Source: Antedon mediterranea (Eukaryota > Animalia > Echinodermata). From it: a stretch of DNA of 64,000 nt. Location: positions 22,957,365 to 23,021,364 of the forward strand of contig NC_092678.1 of NCBI RefSeq assembly GCF_964355755.1, in the 5' to 3' direction. The notes beneath the pieces are model-generated. The model saw nothing but the letters and a program-made list of their open reading frames with translations. It searched no databases and was not told where the DNA came from. Of this stretch, positions 28,801-43,800 are shown piece by piece; the first letter of the stretch is position 1; every line of letters starts with the position of its first letter. The position numbers and the translations under genes were made by a program.

Positions 28801-31800
28801 TTATTATGCAACGGTTCGAGCCATTACTGGTGCTGAAAACGTCCTAGAGGCAGTCTCCGATGGTGTTATAGTTGATCAAACTCCTACGAAAATCCATTCT
28901 CTTACCTTTGGACTTCCTGGTGAAAACGATACTGAGGTATTACTGCTCAAACATTTTTTATTTCTGTTTTACCAGGCTTCATGTAACTATGAAAGTCTAT
29001 AGTACCATGTAGAAATTATATATTTTCCTCATAAATGACTATAGTATAAGGTACCAATGTGGTTAAGAACATAGATCTGTTTATGTTCCAGGGGTGTTCT
29101 AGGAACTTTTTATTATTCGTATCTAAGCCCTCCCTCTGGAGAGCACAGGCTATGGTTTGGTTTATCCAGTTAAGCGGCACTCATTGACTACTAACACCAC
29201 TATTTGCTTGTGTAATCTAAGTATTTAACTGAAGTTGTATGTGCACAATTTTGCTTCTCTACCTTTTAGACTTTGGATCCTGAATTTACCATCTATTCCA
29301 AAACGGATGATGAACTTTTAGCTACTTGGCATATGGAGGAATCTGAAAGTGAATTATTAAGTGTCGAGTATTCCTTCGGAACTTTCCCGCTAGGAGATGA
29401 TATTTATCAACGCACTGAGATTGCTAACGTTACTTCGACTGCTAGCGTTTTCCAAATGCCTACTGGAAAAGGTAATATTACAATTATTTTATAAGTTAAC
29501 AAGTTACCACACTTAGCAAGTATCTGCCGTACAGTTTAGAAGAATATTTGATTGAATACAATGTATGTACAATGTCTATTTATTATTATTTGTAGGATCT
29601 TCAAACATTCTGAATATTTTCGTCACAAACACGGCAACATTACGAACTGAGCAGTATTCCAGTAGTGTCGTCGTAGATATAACTCCCCCTGGAGATGGCC
29701 AGGTGAGACATTTTATGATTTATTCTTTTTATGCTTCTTTAAATAATTTTATTTTATAATTAACAGTTACGTATGTTTGTCCTGAAAAATTGTTAAGTAA
29801 TTCTAAGATAGGACTTGAACCAATAACCTTTAGATCACTAGACTGGTGCTCATACCTGTAGACCGCCAACTTACACTTATAGCTACAGTTAGATAATGAA
29901 TCAATTGTACATTGCAAGTTTTTAAACTTTTAAAGTAAAATAATCTTTAAATACCATATATCAATTTATCCTACATATTTTTCAGTTCTTTAAAAGTTCT
30001 CTTCATTTATTTTTAGGTATTTTGCCCTGAGTATATTAGTGAGAAGAAATTGGAATGCTCGTGGGCAGGTTTTGTCGACATTGAATCTGGAATTGAGAGA
30101 TACACTTTTGCAATCGGTACGCAGCTTGGTGGAAATGACGTGTTCTTCAAAGACGATGTTCCTGCATATGGAGATGCTCTTATTGTAGAAGGTGATGCAT
30201 TTTGCATTTATACCATTTCAATTAAAAGGGTATTTACAGTACCCATGTGTGAATAAAACCCAGAACTTTTTGTATGTATGCTTGTTATGTAATGCCATGG
30301 AGAAAGAAGGTAGGTTCTATGGTAATGCTAATGTATTTAATTCTTAACTATTGATAAGGACTATAAACTGTAGGTCCAGTGCACACATCTGGCTCATGTG
30401 CACCTAGAGGACTTTAAAGCATAAGTCCAACATGACTCATGTGCGCTTTAAAGAACCTAGTACATCTTTCCAGACGAGTAGGAGGTTACCCCGGTGTATT
30501 AGTATACACACAGCCACTGTCACACACAGACACTTATCATAATTCATTATGAGGGCCCCTTGACTGTCAGCATACGCTGTTTAGGGTCAATCTCTATAAA
30601 TAAGGTTAAATAAAATAAATATGTTGTGTTTGTACATGTTTGTACAGTAGTGCATCTTTAGACTATTATGTATAAATTTCTTTTATTTTGCAGAATTTGG
30701 AATTGAACCTCTTAAACCAGAGCAGACATTCTTTGTAACAATGCAAGCCTTCAATAAAGTTGGCTTATCTACTACAGCCTTCTCTGATGAGATCTTGGTT
30801 GATAAGTCTCCACCAATCCCAGGCCATGTTATAGAAGTCTCTGACGTGGCACGCATAGGATCTAACGAACATCAGGATTCGCTAGCTGGTTCTCCAGAGA
30901 ACATTTGTGCTGATGAAGAAAATGGTGCAGGTACAAGTTGTCTTTAAATCTTATTTTTATTAGCTAATCGTGTGCTTCTATTCATTAGCCAATCATGTTC
31001 TTCAAATTCATGTAAACATTTTTTGATTGGATAATAATTTGCAATGTAATCATACTGTATGCAAATATATTTTACAGACTGCCAGGCCCAAGATGCTATT
31101 TGCCAGACATCACTGACCACTGTTGTAGTTGCATGGCAACCGTTTACTGAATTGGAATCCTATATAACAAGGTAAATTTAAACTAGTATAAATGCTTGTA
31201 TGTATGGAACATTGAAAATACAATATAAAACATATACATTCTAATTTTTATTTTCCAGTTATGACATTGCCATTGGATCTGAGGTTGGAAAGTCAGACAT
31301 TATGGAATTTAAGTCGATTTCTACAGATGAGACGTACTACGAAGCTACTGGATTAGACTTAAGTGAAATTCGTCAGGTAATCCTTTGATCATTGCATTCA
31401 AGATTTTCCAATCCATCTCATCTTTTTATATTCTTGCTGTGCATACTAATGTTGTATTTTTGTCTTTCTTGTTACCAAGGTTTTTGTTATGGTCAAAGGA
31501 AACAATGCAGCCGGTTTGTCAACCGTTGGCTTTTCGAACGGCGTCTTCATAAGCAGGATTTCGAGCGGTCGTCAACCACTCCGAAGCCCGATAGTAAATG
31601 ATGGAAACTCAACCGCATTTGACGTGTAAGAAGTTAAATTGAATATTAAGTCATAATTTCATGATGTACAAAATATATTTGATAATATTTGTAATTATTT
31701 TTCTTTACTATAGTGATTACCAAACCGATGCCAATGAAATCCGAGCATCATGGGACTTTAGCGGAGACCCTTGTCCAATTGTAAACTATGAATGGGCTAT

Positions 31801-34800
31801 TAAACGAATTGATGGGATGGTGATACAGGATTTTATCGATGTTAAAAGTGAGTCATCCTTGTTATTTCTATCACTTCTTTGTATATTGTATTGTATTGTT
31901 TTACTGTACTTTAAAAACAACATTGAAGATAGCAGCTGATTGTAATTAAGAATGTCAAAGGTCAACAACTCAACTGACTGACATGAACACAATTCAAAGT
32001 AATACACAGTTGCGCAAAATATCAAAATCTCAGTTTCAATTATAAGTAACTTGAATCACGTCACACATGCGGTATGATAACCATGACTAGTTTCAACAAA
32101 AGCATTTGTGCGCTTTATTTTTTCAGCGCCGCTCAGTTGTTTGAAAGCCGACATGAATGCCCTTGTGCAACTCGTTACTTGTGTCGACCTGTGTGTACAC
32201 ATTAGACTAGACACGTGATAATATTTTAGTCACAACCCATATTTATATTTTCAGCAAAAACTATGGCAGTAAATGAAGCTGTTGTAATGGCGGACGGACA
32301 GACGTTTTACAGCATTGTCCGTGCAACAAACCTGTTGGGTCATACTCAGGTCCTCAGAACAGACGGCTTGACACTGAGATTACAACCCATACTGCCTGGA
32401 CACGTGTATGATGGGGGCGTTATAGGATTCGACCTAAATGAACAAGCGTCAATTACGACACTCTCAGCCAATTGGGACGGGTTTGGTGTTGACGACCAGG
32501 AACAGAAAGTTGTTATTCAAGATGGTGAGTTGAGTAAAATCAACAATAATAATAATAATAATCAGATAAATATAATTAAATTTATTCCTTTTTGCAAACA
32601 AAATTTAAAGAACAGAGAGTACATTAATAAAAGTGTGTATGGTTGACCTGACTGTTTTCACATTTAATTTGTGGAGATTTATTTGTATGTCTAATCAGGT
32701 TAGTTTCTTAGTAAGCACTGTAAGCAACTTGGTAATTTTTATTTTACACACAAAATAAATACAGAATATGAAAATATATATATACAGTATATAAATCTTA
32801 TATTTTTTTTAAATAATTTTTGTTTTATTAACATAGGGTATACATATGCAGCCAATGACAAGCAGTTGATTGAATACTACAGCATTGCTATTGGAAATGA
32901 CCGTCGGTATCCTAAGACACGTGACAACATCGTGCCATTTACAAACGTAGAGTTGAACACTGTGTGGAAATTTGCCGACTTACTCTTAGATGAAAAGGCT
33001 ACTTATTACGCAACAGTCCGAGCTTACGGAGGGCAGTTAGCTTATGCTGAAGTAACATCGAATGGTATACAAGTTGGCAAAGGCTTAGGAGTTGAAGGTA
33101 AGTAGGCCTAGACATTCTTTTGTAGATAGAATTTGCAGTATGCTTTGTGAGACAGAAGCAATCATCAGAACACCGAGCGTGCCGTGCCAATATAAGAATT
33201 CGTAACAGTCTTTTAATCTGGGACAAATACCAACAGTACTGTTAATGGTCATTGAACTGATCGTGTTGCAGCCACAGATAGACCCTTTGATCTCCGGAGC
33301 TCGGCATCCTGTTGTTAGTTCAATTATGGTGTCAGCTCTTTGGCTCTCTTGTATGACATAATTTTAGGCTTTTTATTTTGCTGCCATGTTATCCTTACAT
33401 TCCTATTGAGGCTTCTCGGGAGTTAATTTCTGTTTTAAAATTGTAATTTTGTAAGTAATTTAATACAAAAAGTGTCTTCACAGGCAGTACCCAGGGCTTA
33501 CAACAAACTGCTACTTCAAGGCTGAAGGGTCTTTCACACCTGTTCCGACATTGTTCCGGTCCGGTGCCAGCAAATCCAATTGATCATAAATGCTTCGTTT
33601 TCTCATGGCTACGTATAGACGCGTAGAGCATTGCGAAAACGAAAAATTGACGCTATACTATACTATACATTATTATATATTGTATGTAACGCTTTCATTT
33701 CTGTGAAGGTGGAGAAATCGAAACAAAGCTGTTCATCAACCAAGACACAGGGACATCATTTTCTTGGTCTAACTTCATATCAGACCAACCAATGTTCTTC
33801 TATATGTACGGCATCTCAAGTAACCCAGAGGCTAGTAATATTGAATGTGACATCTTACAACAGGTTTGTAAATACATTATGATACTACAAATTAACTTAA
33901 CTAAGTATAATTATTTCAAGAGTTCTGTCCCAATTGTTTATGAAGTGTCAAGTTAGATTGTTTATGAAGTGTCAAGTTAAATTGTTTATGAAGTGTCAAG
34001 TTAAATTGTTTATGAAGTTTTAAGTCAATAAATTGATGAAGTGCCAAGTTAAATTGTTTATGAAGTGTCCAGTTAAATTGTTTATGAAGTGTCAAGTTAA
34101 ATTGTTTATGAAGTGTCAAGTTAAATGGTTTATGAAGTGTCAAGTTAAATTGTTTATGAAGCGTCAAGTTAAATTGTTTATGAAGTGTCAAGTTAAATTG
34201 CTTATGAAGTGTCAAGTTAAATTGTTTATAAAGTGTCAAGTTAAATTGTTTACGAAATGTGAAGTTAAATTGTTTATAAAGGGTCAAGTTAAATTGTTTA
34301 TAAAGGGTCAAGTTAAATTGTTTATGAAGTGTCAAGTTAAATTGTTTATGAAGTGTCAAGTTAAATTGTTTATGAAGTTTCAAGTTAAATTGTTTATGAC
34401 GTCTCAAGTTAAATTGTTTATGAAGTGTCAAGTTAAATTGTTTATGAAGTGTCAAGTTAAATGGTTTATGAAGTGTCAAGTTAAATTGTTTATGAAGTGT
34501 CAAGTTAAATTGTTTATGAAGTGTCAAGTTAAATTGGTTATGAAGTGTCAAGTTAACAAGGTTTGTACAAATCAAACAAGTGGTTTAAATTCCAGTTATT
34601 TCCTCAACTGACTTGATCCTTGCGAAAGAAAGCGAACACAAAAGAGATAGGCGCTGTCTGTTACAGCCCTGAATAGATTGCAAATATTACTATAAAACCA
34701 TGTGGTACAACAACATTTTGATAACTTGCAATGAAAGTTACCAAATATATTGATTTCGAAACTACTGTTATTACCACAGTTTATCTGTTATTTTTTCATC

Positions 34801-37800
34801 ACAGATGGCAAAGAGTGAATGTGTATCTGAGCCATGTAAAGAGGTAGAGTCATTGTTTGATGTTGCCACTGTCACTAATACAGGCAAGGATACATATGCA
34901 GAGGAAACATACCTGAGTCTGCAACACAATCACAACTATTATATTGTTGTATTTGGTGAGTTTCTTTGAGCTTGGTTCCTATTTCGTATTTCATTTCCAC
35001 TGGATATATGTGTGTTTAACAAATCTTATTATTATTTATTTATTTAACAACCAAGTGAACCTCAACTAAACTATGAAAATAGTATACAGAAATGATATAA
35101 TGATATAGAAAGGATTACTCTTTTGCAATGAAATCAAAAGAGATCTTGAAGCAACTTCCTCGTTCTATCCGTTACACTCCATCCCCTTTTCAATTCAAAT
35201 CTCTCCTGAAAACTCGCCTATTTCAATAGTTATTCTTTTCATGTTCTGCTGTCAGACTCTGGTAAAGAGTGCTTTATAAATGTTCGATATTATTATTATT
35301 ATCGCCATAATCTGTAATCAGTGTATCCTTTAAATTTCTTTTCTTCTAAGGAAACGACGAAGCGGGACAATGTAACAAAACAAGCCGATCGTTTAAAGTT
35401 GATATGACAAAACCAATTGAAGGACGAATTTGGCTTGAAAACAACCCTCATGTTCCTGGAGATTTTGTAAGTTTCTCATATAATCATTCTTAGATTCTTA
35501 AGTCTATTTCTTGAGATTTCTACCTTTATAGAATTTACCTGTATAGCAATCAGTCCCTCTTCTCTCTTTCTGTGATCATGTGCGTCTTGGAATATGATGA
35601 CATTGTCATGTATGAGAGACGTATATGAACTACTATGGCATCTGGACTATTCCATTTTCCATATTTGGAAGTAAATGTAGAGTCTCAGGTAGATATTTGA
35701 CCCATAGACTACCAACATCACTGTTGTGTATTCTGTTGGACATTCTATAGAAAAGGTAGATACAATACTACTGGTTTATGCAGTGTCGTAATGGAGGGGA
35801 AAAGTTCCTCTAGTTTAGCTAAGAAGTTAATCTGGGATGTTCATGCTCTTCTTAAGCTTTGGGACACCCAGTAATTGTGCTCATAGCATCACACCACTGG
35901 CTTTAATATGTTATACTTTGGTTTGTCTAGCCTGCTTGGTTTACTGCTGACTCGACATCGTTAACTATTCACTGGAGCGAGTTCAATGATCCGGAAAGCC
36001 AGATTGGTTATTACGAGATTGAACTACTGGTGGCGCCATCGTGTAAAGCTGGTGACGATGAAGTACTAACAACAGTCGTAGAAAAGGTCAAACTAGAAGC
36101 GCACATTTCAACTTATAGCTTCTATGGACTAAGTCTTAAGGTATGATAACAGAAATGAAAAACAGTAGATCCTTTTTATAACTACTCCCACAGTTTTAAC
36201 TAAAAATACCAAAGATAGGATAGAATTTGTGTACTTTTACTTTACTTTTTACATTCTTTTTTTTGTCTTTTACTTTTATTTTCTCTCTTACTTTTTCCTT
36301 TGCTTCTTCTTTCTCTGTTACCTTATGCTTTTATCGTTTTTATTTTCTTTAATTTTTATTCTTTTTCTGCTTTTGTTTTAATACATTTTCTTTCTTCTAC
36401 AGTTAGTTATGCAGTATAAATTTTATCATTCTAATGTTAACATTAAACTCTTTCTTCTAGTCATTAACTCCATATTTTGTCAAATTAACTACAACAAATA
36501 AAGCAAGTTCATATATCACCACGACATCGTCTCCAATATTCTTTGACGATTCATCTCCGACGGCAGGTTTAGTGGTTGATGGTCTAGATTTCAGGAAGGA
36601 TATGCCACACATTAGTTACGTTGATCACATGTCGGGTAAGATTTGAACAATCTTTTCTAAAAGCTTTTTAACTGTAAAGGCCAATTTACACAGACGAGCA
36701 GTAACTGTAATAAAAATATAGAATCTATGTTATTCCTTATGACCATTTACACACAAGGCGGAATGGATGGATGGTTTCCTCTCAGGATAGATACAGATCC
36801 TGCGTGAGTAAGACAAGCTACTCGGTTTTCCGTTTCTACAGGTGTAATTGGCCTTATGAAGAAGAATATTTATTCACTTTTATTGTCGTCTTTCAATTTT
36901 GCCTTTTACATCAGTCCGAATTTTTATTTCATTTTCTAGGCTCGTTTATTTTCCTACCGAATCCAAACATTGAACCATGTCCTGACCAACATGCAACGTT
37001 TGATGATGAATCTTGGCAAAGTGTGAATAGCAAGGGTATTTGGAATATGGATGGAAAAGATTGGAAAATACATTACGACCATGAACAGGTTTCATAAGCT
37101 TATGATTATTAATTTATTACAAAAATGATAACATATCCCTTTATAAATTTGCCGTAGTACACCTACGTTTCACCATTTACACCCTGGCCTACATTTAATA
37201 TAGTGTCTATAATGTTGTTTTTTCTATTTTTCATATATTTTCTTTCCTATTTTTAAGGATGCATGTTATTGTTAGCATAAAGATCTAACAAAAAAAGGTC
37301 CGTGCTCTGCATATTACCATGGAGAAAAAAGCTTTCAATTTACATAGAATGATGACCAAACTATGTCATGTTAATACATTGTGCGCATGTGATAATATTA
37401 GGATGTGTGTCCTCGCACTCTACCTTGGCGCAGGTTTGATGGTTCTAGGTCCAGACGGCGACCAACAATTCATCAATCGTTTCTCGGTCTTCGCAAATCG
37501 AAGGCTTTCTATTATCTCATAACTTGCATGCTCTATTGTATTTTGTATCTTTTTATGATGAAATTTATTTGAAATATTTTAATGTAGATAACGGTGACTG
37601 ACCCAAACAACATTGTTCTTACCATGGAGCCCGACATCCAAGAACCGTATGTGTTAGCAGGTGCAGTATCAAGACGTGTTGAAATTGGTGAAGGTGGAAC
37701 ATTTAAGGTTAGGACAATATAAATACATTTTCATTATTTTGTATTATTATTTTAGTTTGATTAAAACCTGTTTTTAGAATAATTTTTATACTTTTTTCTT

Positions 37801-40800
37801 GTATTTTATTGGTGTAAATGATAAAGCAAGAGCAGTTATTCTGTTTCAGTTCATTCATAATACTATGTAGTTTTATTGAAATATTGAAATATTTTATTGG
37901 TACTGGACGGCCTCTTCAGTCAAATGCTGGTTTCACGGAGTTATAATCAGTGGCTGTGTATGTACATGAACCCCCTACTCATCTCGAACGATGTACTAGG
38001 TTCTTTAAAGTGCACATGAAGTAGATGTGTACACTGGACCTATGGTTTATAGTCCTTATCCAAGAAGACTAATTCTACTACCAGAATCATGGAGTGAGTG
38101 AGCCTCAAACCCTTGCCATTTGTTTTATATATTAATATCATTTTTAGATGGACTTGAAAGCTGCTACCCAAGACATACCAGTTATAACGAGTGTGGTGTT
38201 CTGGGATGGACCTGATGGTGTTGTGGGTGACTTGATGGTTCCTACTGAAGAACTAGAACCTTGTTCATGTTGTTATGAGGAAAACAATGGTGTAAGTACA
38301 TCCAACAGTCATCAGTTACATCTCATCTTGTCTTCTATTTTATCCCATTTCCCTCTGTCATAGGCAAGGTAGTTTTTTCTTATCTGTTATATCTTTTTTA
38401 ACTTTGTGATCCATGTGGATTGTGGTCTTTCTCTTGACCATCTTACTATTCTATTTAGTTCATTTTTACTAATGAATATCAACAACATTTATTTAGAAAC
38501 AGTTCATGAAATAAAAACAGCATACATTAATTACAATAACTTAAATGGTAACATTAAATAAGAACTGTTTCAGGGATCAGAAAAAGAAGTAAAAGAACTT
38601 GTCAAATACCAACCCCTAAACAAAAACAACAACAAAGCAACTGCATGAAAAAATCATTAGCTAATATTAGTTCAATTTTGCAGGAGCTGATTCTTTGGGA
38701 AATTGTTGGTGTTTCTACCAATGTAATCTTCGTATTTAATTGTACAGCTCCAATGTGATAGTGGCTTGATATAAGTCACACTAGTACTAATACTACTAGT
38801 GTTGTAAAGTGAAGTTGTTAATTTTAATATAATATATATTCTATATAATTCTATATGAACAATTTCTTTTAAATATTGTTCAAATTATTTGTTATATTTA
38901 AGACCGGATGCGATTGTGATTGCTCCGCGGTCGGAGCTACTACAAGTCAGCGAATAACTACAATACTGCCACCAACCACCACGGTTCCATGGGAGATAAT
39001 TGAAGATGGAGAAGATGTTGAGTCTGGTGAGGAGTCTAAGAAACAGACAGCTGTCCAGCAAGCCTGTGGCTTACAGTTGTACGCAGGTAACTTTCTGTAT
39101 TTCTTGAATTTATGTTGAATTTATAACGTTTAAATAAACAGCATAACTAATATTTAATTCATTATTTTCTGTAAAAGTTGATTGTTGTTCATTATTCAGA
39201 TAAAGAAATACCATCCGCAACGTTATGGTGCCGATTCCATCAGGATAAGGTTGACTACTTATACAGCATATTTGATTTAACCTTTGACCCATCGAGTGAT
39301 TGGCATCATTATGAGTTTACATTTAAAGAAGAATACGATCCTGATCCAGCAAAGGTGGGAGAAACAATTTCTGTAGTCACATCATGCGAATATTCCTTTA
39401 ATAAACACCTCTTGAGTAAAAATGGAACAGTCAAACTATAAATGGCACTTTGTAGACAGAGAATCATGGTACCAGTTGACACTGGATGTCACATGGATCT
39501 CATATAATATACAAACAGTGTTTGGTTCACTAGACTTCAAGGCTCAATTAAATCCTTTATGCTTTTGCTTATTTCATCAACAGTATAAAAGATGATATTT
39601 TGTTTTAATTTAGGGAGGACTTAAGTATAACAAATCAAATAATAATGATTAAATTTCAATAGATTGGATACACAATACAACTGAGTGTGGATGGTAATCT
39701 TTTGGGAGATCTTTCTGGCGCACCTCGTCTCTCCAACAACACAAAACTAACTCTTCAACTGTGGAATGATAACAACTACGTGCCAGAATTCACAGACCCC
39801 TTCAACATTCCTAAAACCTCAGCTTATTTTGCTAATATTAGGTAAGCATTTGTAAGAGTATTCATGGTAGGTAGTGACAGTACTAGTGTCAAAGTTCAAT
39901 CAATGATAAACGTTTTTCAAATCATTTTTTTCACAAGACTGCAATTGCTATTTGTTTTCATTTAAGACTACCTCCTCCTAGTGAAGATCTTTGTAGCTAT
40001 ATATGTTAATGTATTTATAGAGCGCATTTCACAAACAATGTCGTCTCAATGTGCTGTGGACTTTTCAACAAAATTCTTCTTACCTAAGGCTCCCGTCATG
40101 TCAGTGTTGCCAACTACAGGACGGTTTCTTCTGTCTATGACATTAGCTGCCTGATCTTGAATCGGCCTAAACATTTGTTTTTCTTTAATTGAAGACTACC
40201 TCCTCCTAGTGAAGATCTTTGTAGCTATATATGTTAATTTATTTATATAGCACATTTCACAAACAATGCCGTCATAATGCGCTGATTTTTCATTTTTATA
40301 GCCAGGGATCTATTGAAGACAGAATTTGTGGGCTTAACATTTTTTTCTCTTTAAGACTACCTCCTCCTAGTGAAGATCTCTGTCGATATGGAAGCTCTTT
40401 TATCGGTGGACTTGCCCCAGCAGTCAAATTCCTTGCTGGAATCGGAACAGAGAAGGACACCACTGATTTTCAAAAAGATATTGAGGTAAAATAGTTGTTA
40501 CATTTCAAATAACATGGCCCTTGTATATTAATGATTAGGGGTGGATCCAGGATATGGCTTGCCGGCCCGCCAACAAAAAAACCAAGAAAATTGGTTGATG
40601 TTAGAGTTAAATGTGTCAACGTTTTTGTAGGTCTTCCTCCCGTGCTACCCCTGCTACAGTGAATGCGACAGATACTTCTGTGATCCCTTGTGCAAAGCCA
40701 GTGACATGCAACTTGTACAATTCACTATTGACAATTTGAAACTTGATGAGATGAGATGGTATAGTGATACAAACGGGACAGATGAGTACCTCCCGGCAAC

Positions 40801-43800
40801 TTATTACCTAAGAGGTATGTAAAATGGTTTCAATCTAATCGAAACAAAACACAGATGGTTGTTGCATGATGTTCAAAAAGAACAAGTGTGTTGTACATCT
40901 TTCTGGCTGTTTTACTTTTATTTTGTTTTAGCTTTTTGCTTATTTTATTTGTATCTCCATCGAGATACCGACAGCATTGTTATATTATTTTCTAGTATTT
41001 TGTCTCTAAATTTGTATCAATATAACACAATATTTTATTTCCTAGTTGAGGAAATATTAGCAAATGGAGTAACAACAAATTCTTCGTCTGATGGAATCTC
41101 CGTTGACACATCGCCACCAGAGTTTGATTACATGAGTTATTATGACGTCAGTCTTGACGAGAATCAACCAATCGCTGCTCAGTCTTCAAACTCCACAATC
41201 AAAGCATCATGGGAATTTCTTGATCAAGAGAGTCTAGTAGTGGTATGATGTCATTTATTTTTTGCTGTAATAAATGAAACAAAAGATACTCTGAATTGGG
41301 ATTATATTTAAGCAAATGTTTTACAAAATGAGATGTTTGATTAATTTACTTTTGTTTTACAAACCCAAATACCAACTTGATGTCAGTTGCTACCAGATGT
41401 CTCTATGCAGACGGTTACTTGAGCCAGTAACAGTCTACAGTTTTGTATCTTTTTCAATATACTGTTTTATGTTTTTATTTATGTTTCAATTTAAAGGGCT
41501 ACTATTGGGCTATTGGTACTAGTCCAGGTGGCACAGACGTGCAGCCTTTTGTGTACCTTGGTAATGTAAAAGAAGGAAGGAACGACGACCTAGAGGGCGT
41601 TTTAGAGAATCGTGCGTACTACTATGTTACTGTAAGGGCTGTCAATGGTGCTGGCCTTATGAAACTGGAAGAATTTGAAGGTAAAACAAGTAAAATGGCA
41701 ATGCTACACTGTGCACAGTAGTTAGTTTGCTAGAACAAGCCTTTGGGACACCCCTATTAAGGGACACTCATAAGGGACATCCACTATGTTAACCATGCCT
41801 TGTTCAGTGATTTCGAGCTCATGCCTCATGGGCGTCGCTTTCGATTCCCGGCATGTAGAACAAACCGGAAAAGAAATTCGTTTTTGCCAGTGGCCATCCG
41901 ACTCTTAAATTCTTGAACTTTGACTCTTGTTATATGGTACTGTGTATTGTGATTTTTGTATATTTTGTAAGATCATTTTAATCCAGACCTCCATGGAGAA
42001 TATGTACATAGTACAGTACTGTTGGTATTTGTCGCAGCCAGACATCAGATCAACAAGTTCCTATCTTGGCAAGATAAAATTTGTTTTTTTAAAATTCAAA
42101 AATTTCTTGAATGAGCTCGGTGTACTGTTATATTGCCTTATGCCTACCCTATTAAGAGGACATTTTGTTTGATCCCAAGTGTCCCCTCTTTAATATCAAT
42201 ACTGCTACTAACCGTTATCTGAATATAATTCTTTACGTTATACTATGAATACTTACGTGTGCATTTTCATTTAGCAATGACTAGATGTTAGTGGTTGCTA
42301 GGATTACTGTAGCTTTGCTAGTTGTAGCACGTCGAACATGTACGTATTTTATGGTTTAAAGTAAAGAATTATATACAGATAGTAAATATAAAAACGAGAT
42401 GAAAACATTTTTCGAAGAACTAACCGTTATATTAAATGTTTTGTAAACTTTTAACTACAATTTGTGTCTTGTGTCCATTAGGTGTTCTGGTTGTATTTGA
42501 CTATCCAACTGTTGAAGACGTTGAAGAAACTGTATTTTATGTTCAAACTGTGGATGATTTAAATGACGATAAATACGTCAGCTTTGAGCAGTCAAGACTA
42601 GGTTTAAGTTGGACAACCGCACACGATCCGTCAGTAGCTGAATACCGTATGTACACCCTACGTTTATTGTAGCACCAAGTGTTGTCATATATAATTGATA
42701 GTATGTTTCTATCTTCAAAAGATCACTCACTATAGAAATAATAAAAAAAAAGGCCTTGTCTTTTGAGGTGTGGAAGTGCGATCATTTGTCTAAAGCTCTG
42801 TCTACACTAGCAACATTTATGTGACTGCCCTTATATGGACATGATGTCACATCACTACCATATTAAGGCATACCACAACTATATTTGGGCACATCACACT
42901 TTTGTTGTCAAACTAGTTTGATAGTGTAGACAGAGCTTAACACACTTCTAACATGCCTACATCATGTATAATTTAAAGCCAACTTAACTTTAGTAATCTT
43001 CTTCTACACAATAAGATACAAACAGCACATCTACTGCACCCTAAATGTATTGCGGAGTGCATGCCTAGAATTTTCAAAAGACATGACCTGAAAAATAAAT
43101 AGTTATCACGAAAAAATAATTCTTTATTGTAACGACAACAAACATAGACAAACATGAAATGTAATTTCTTCTCTGTCTCCCCAAGGCTACTGCGTCGGCA
43201 GCTCACCTGACAAGGCTGATGACATAATCCCCTGCATTACCGTATCTAACGATGGTGGCGGAACAGTGGAGATTTACGATGGCAAAGTGTATATCAATGA
43301 TGTGGAATATAGTGATGTCAGTGATTTTAGAACACCGGACGAGAATGGAACAATGCCTGGAAATAACAAGTTATTGCTGGAACCGGGAAAGTTAGTAAAG
43401 TAGTACAGTCTTCTCTCCCAATACCTGACACCTTTGGGCTGGCGTAATATGTCTGGTTTTCTGGAAATCTGGTATTCAGAATGTGGTTTTGGAAGAGTTT
43501 CTGGTTTTTAGAGCGTTCGATATTGGGAGAGTTGACTGTATATTTGTTTATTGCAAAAGTGTTACAATTTGGACCTTGAGGTCACTGATGGTCAGGTCAC
43601 TGATGGTCATTATTAAGAACAAAATCAAGTGTGGTTGAAATGGTCAATGTACACACAGCTCAGCGACAAAGGACCTCAATGAAAATTAATTGGGCCGTCC
43701 TGAATCTATTTTGATTTTAGGACTGTTTTTCTTGTACTGTTTATTTATAGATTTGAAATAAAAACAAACAAAGTATCGACGGTATGAATTTGAGCAACCT

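Noticed and set aside
33916-34611. Long ORFs on both strands (219 aa and 192 aa)
   Set aside because: They are by-products of a 24-bp intronic minisatellite that lacks stops in two frames; no splice or start context.
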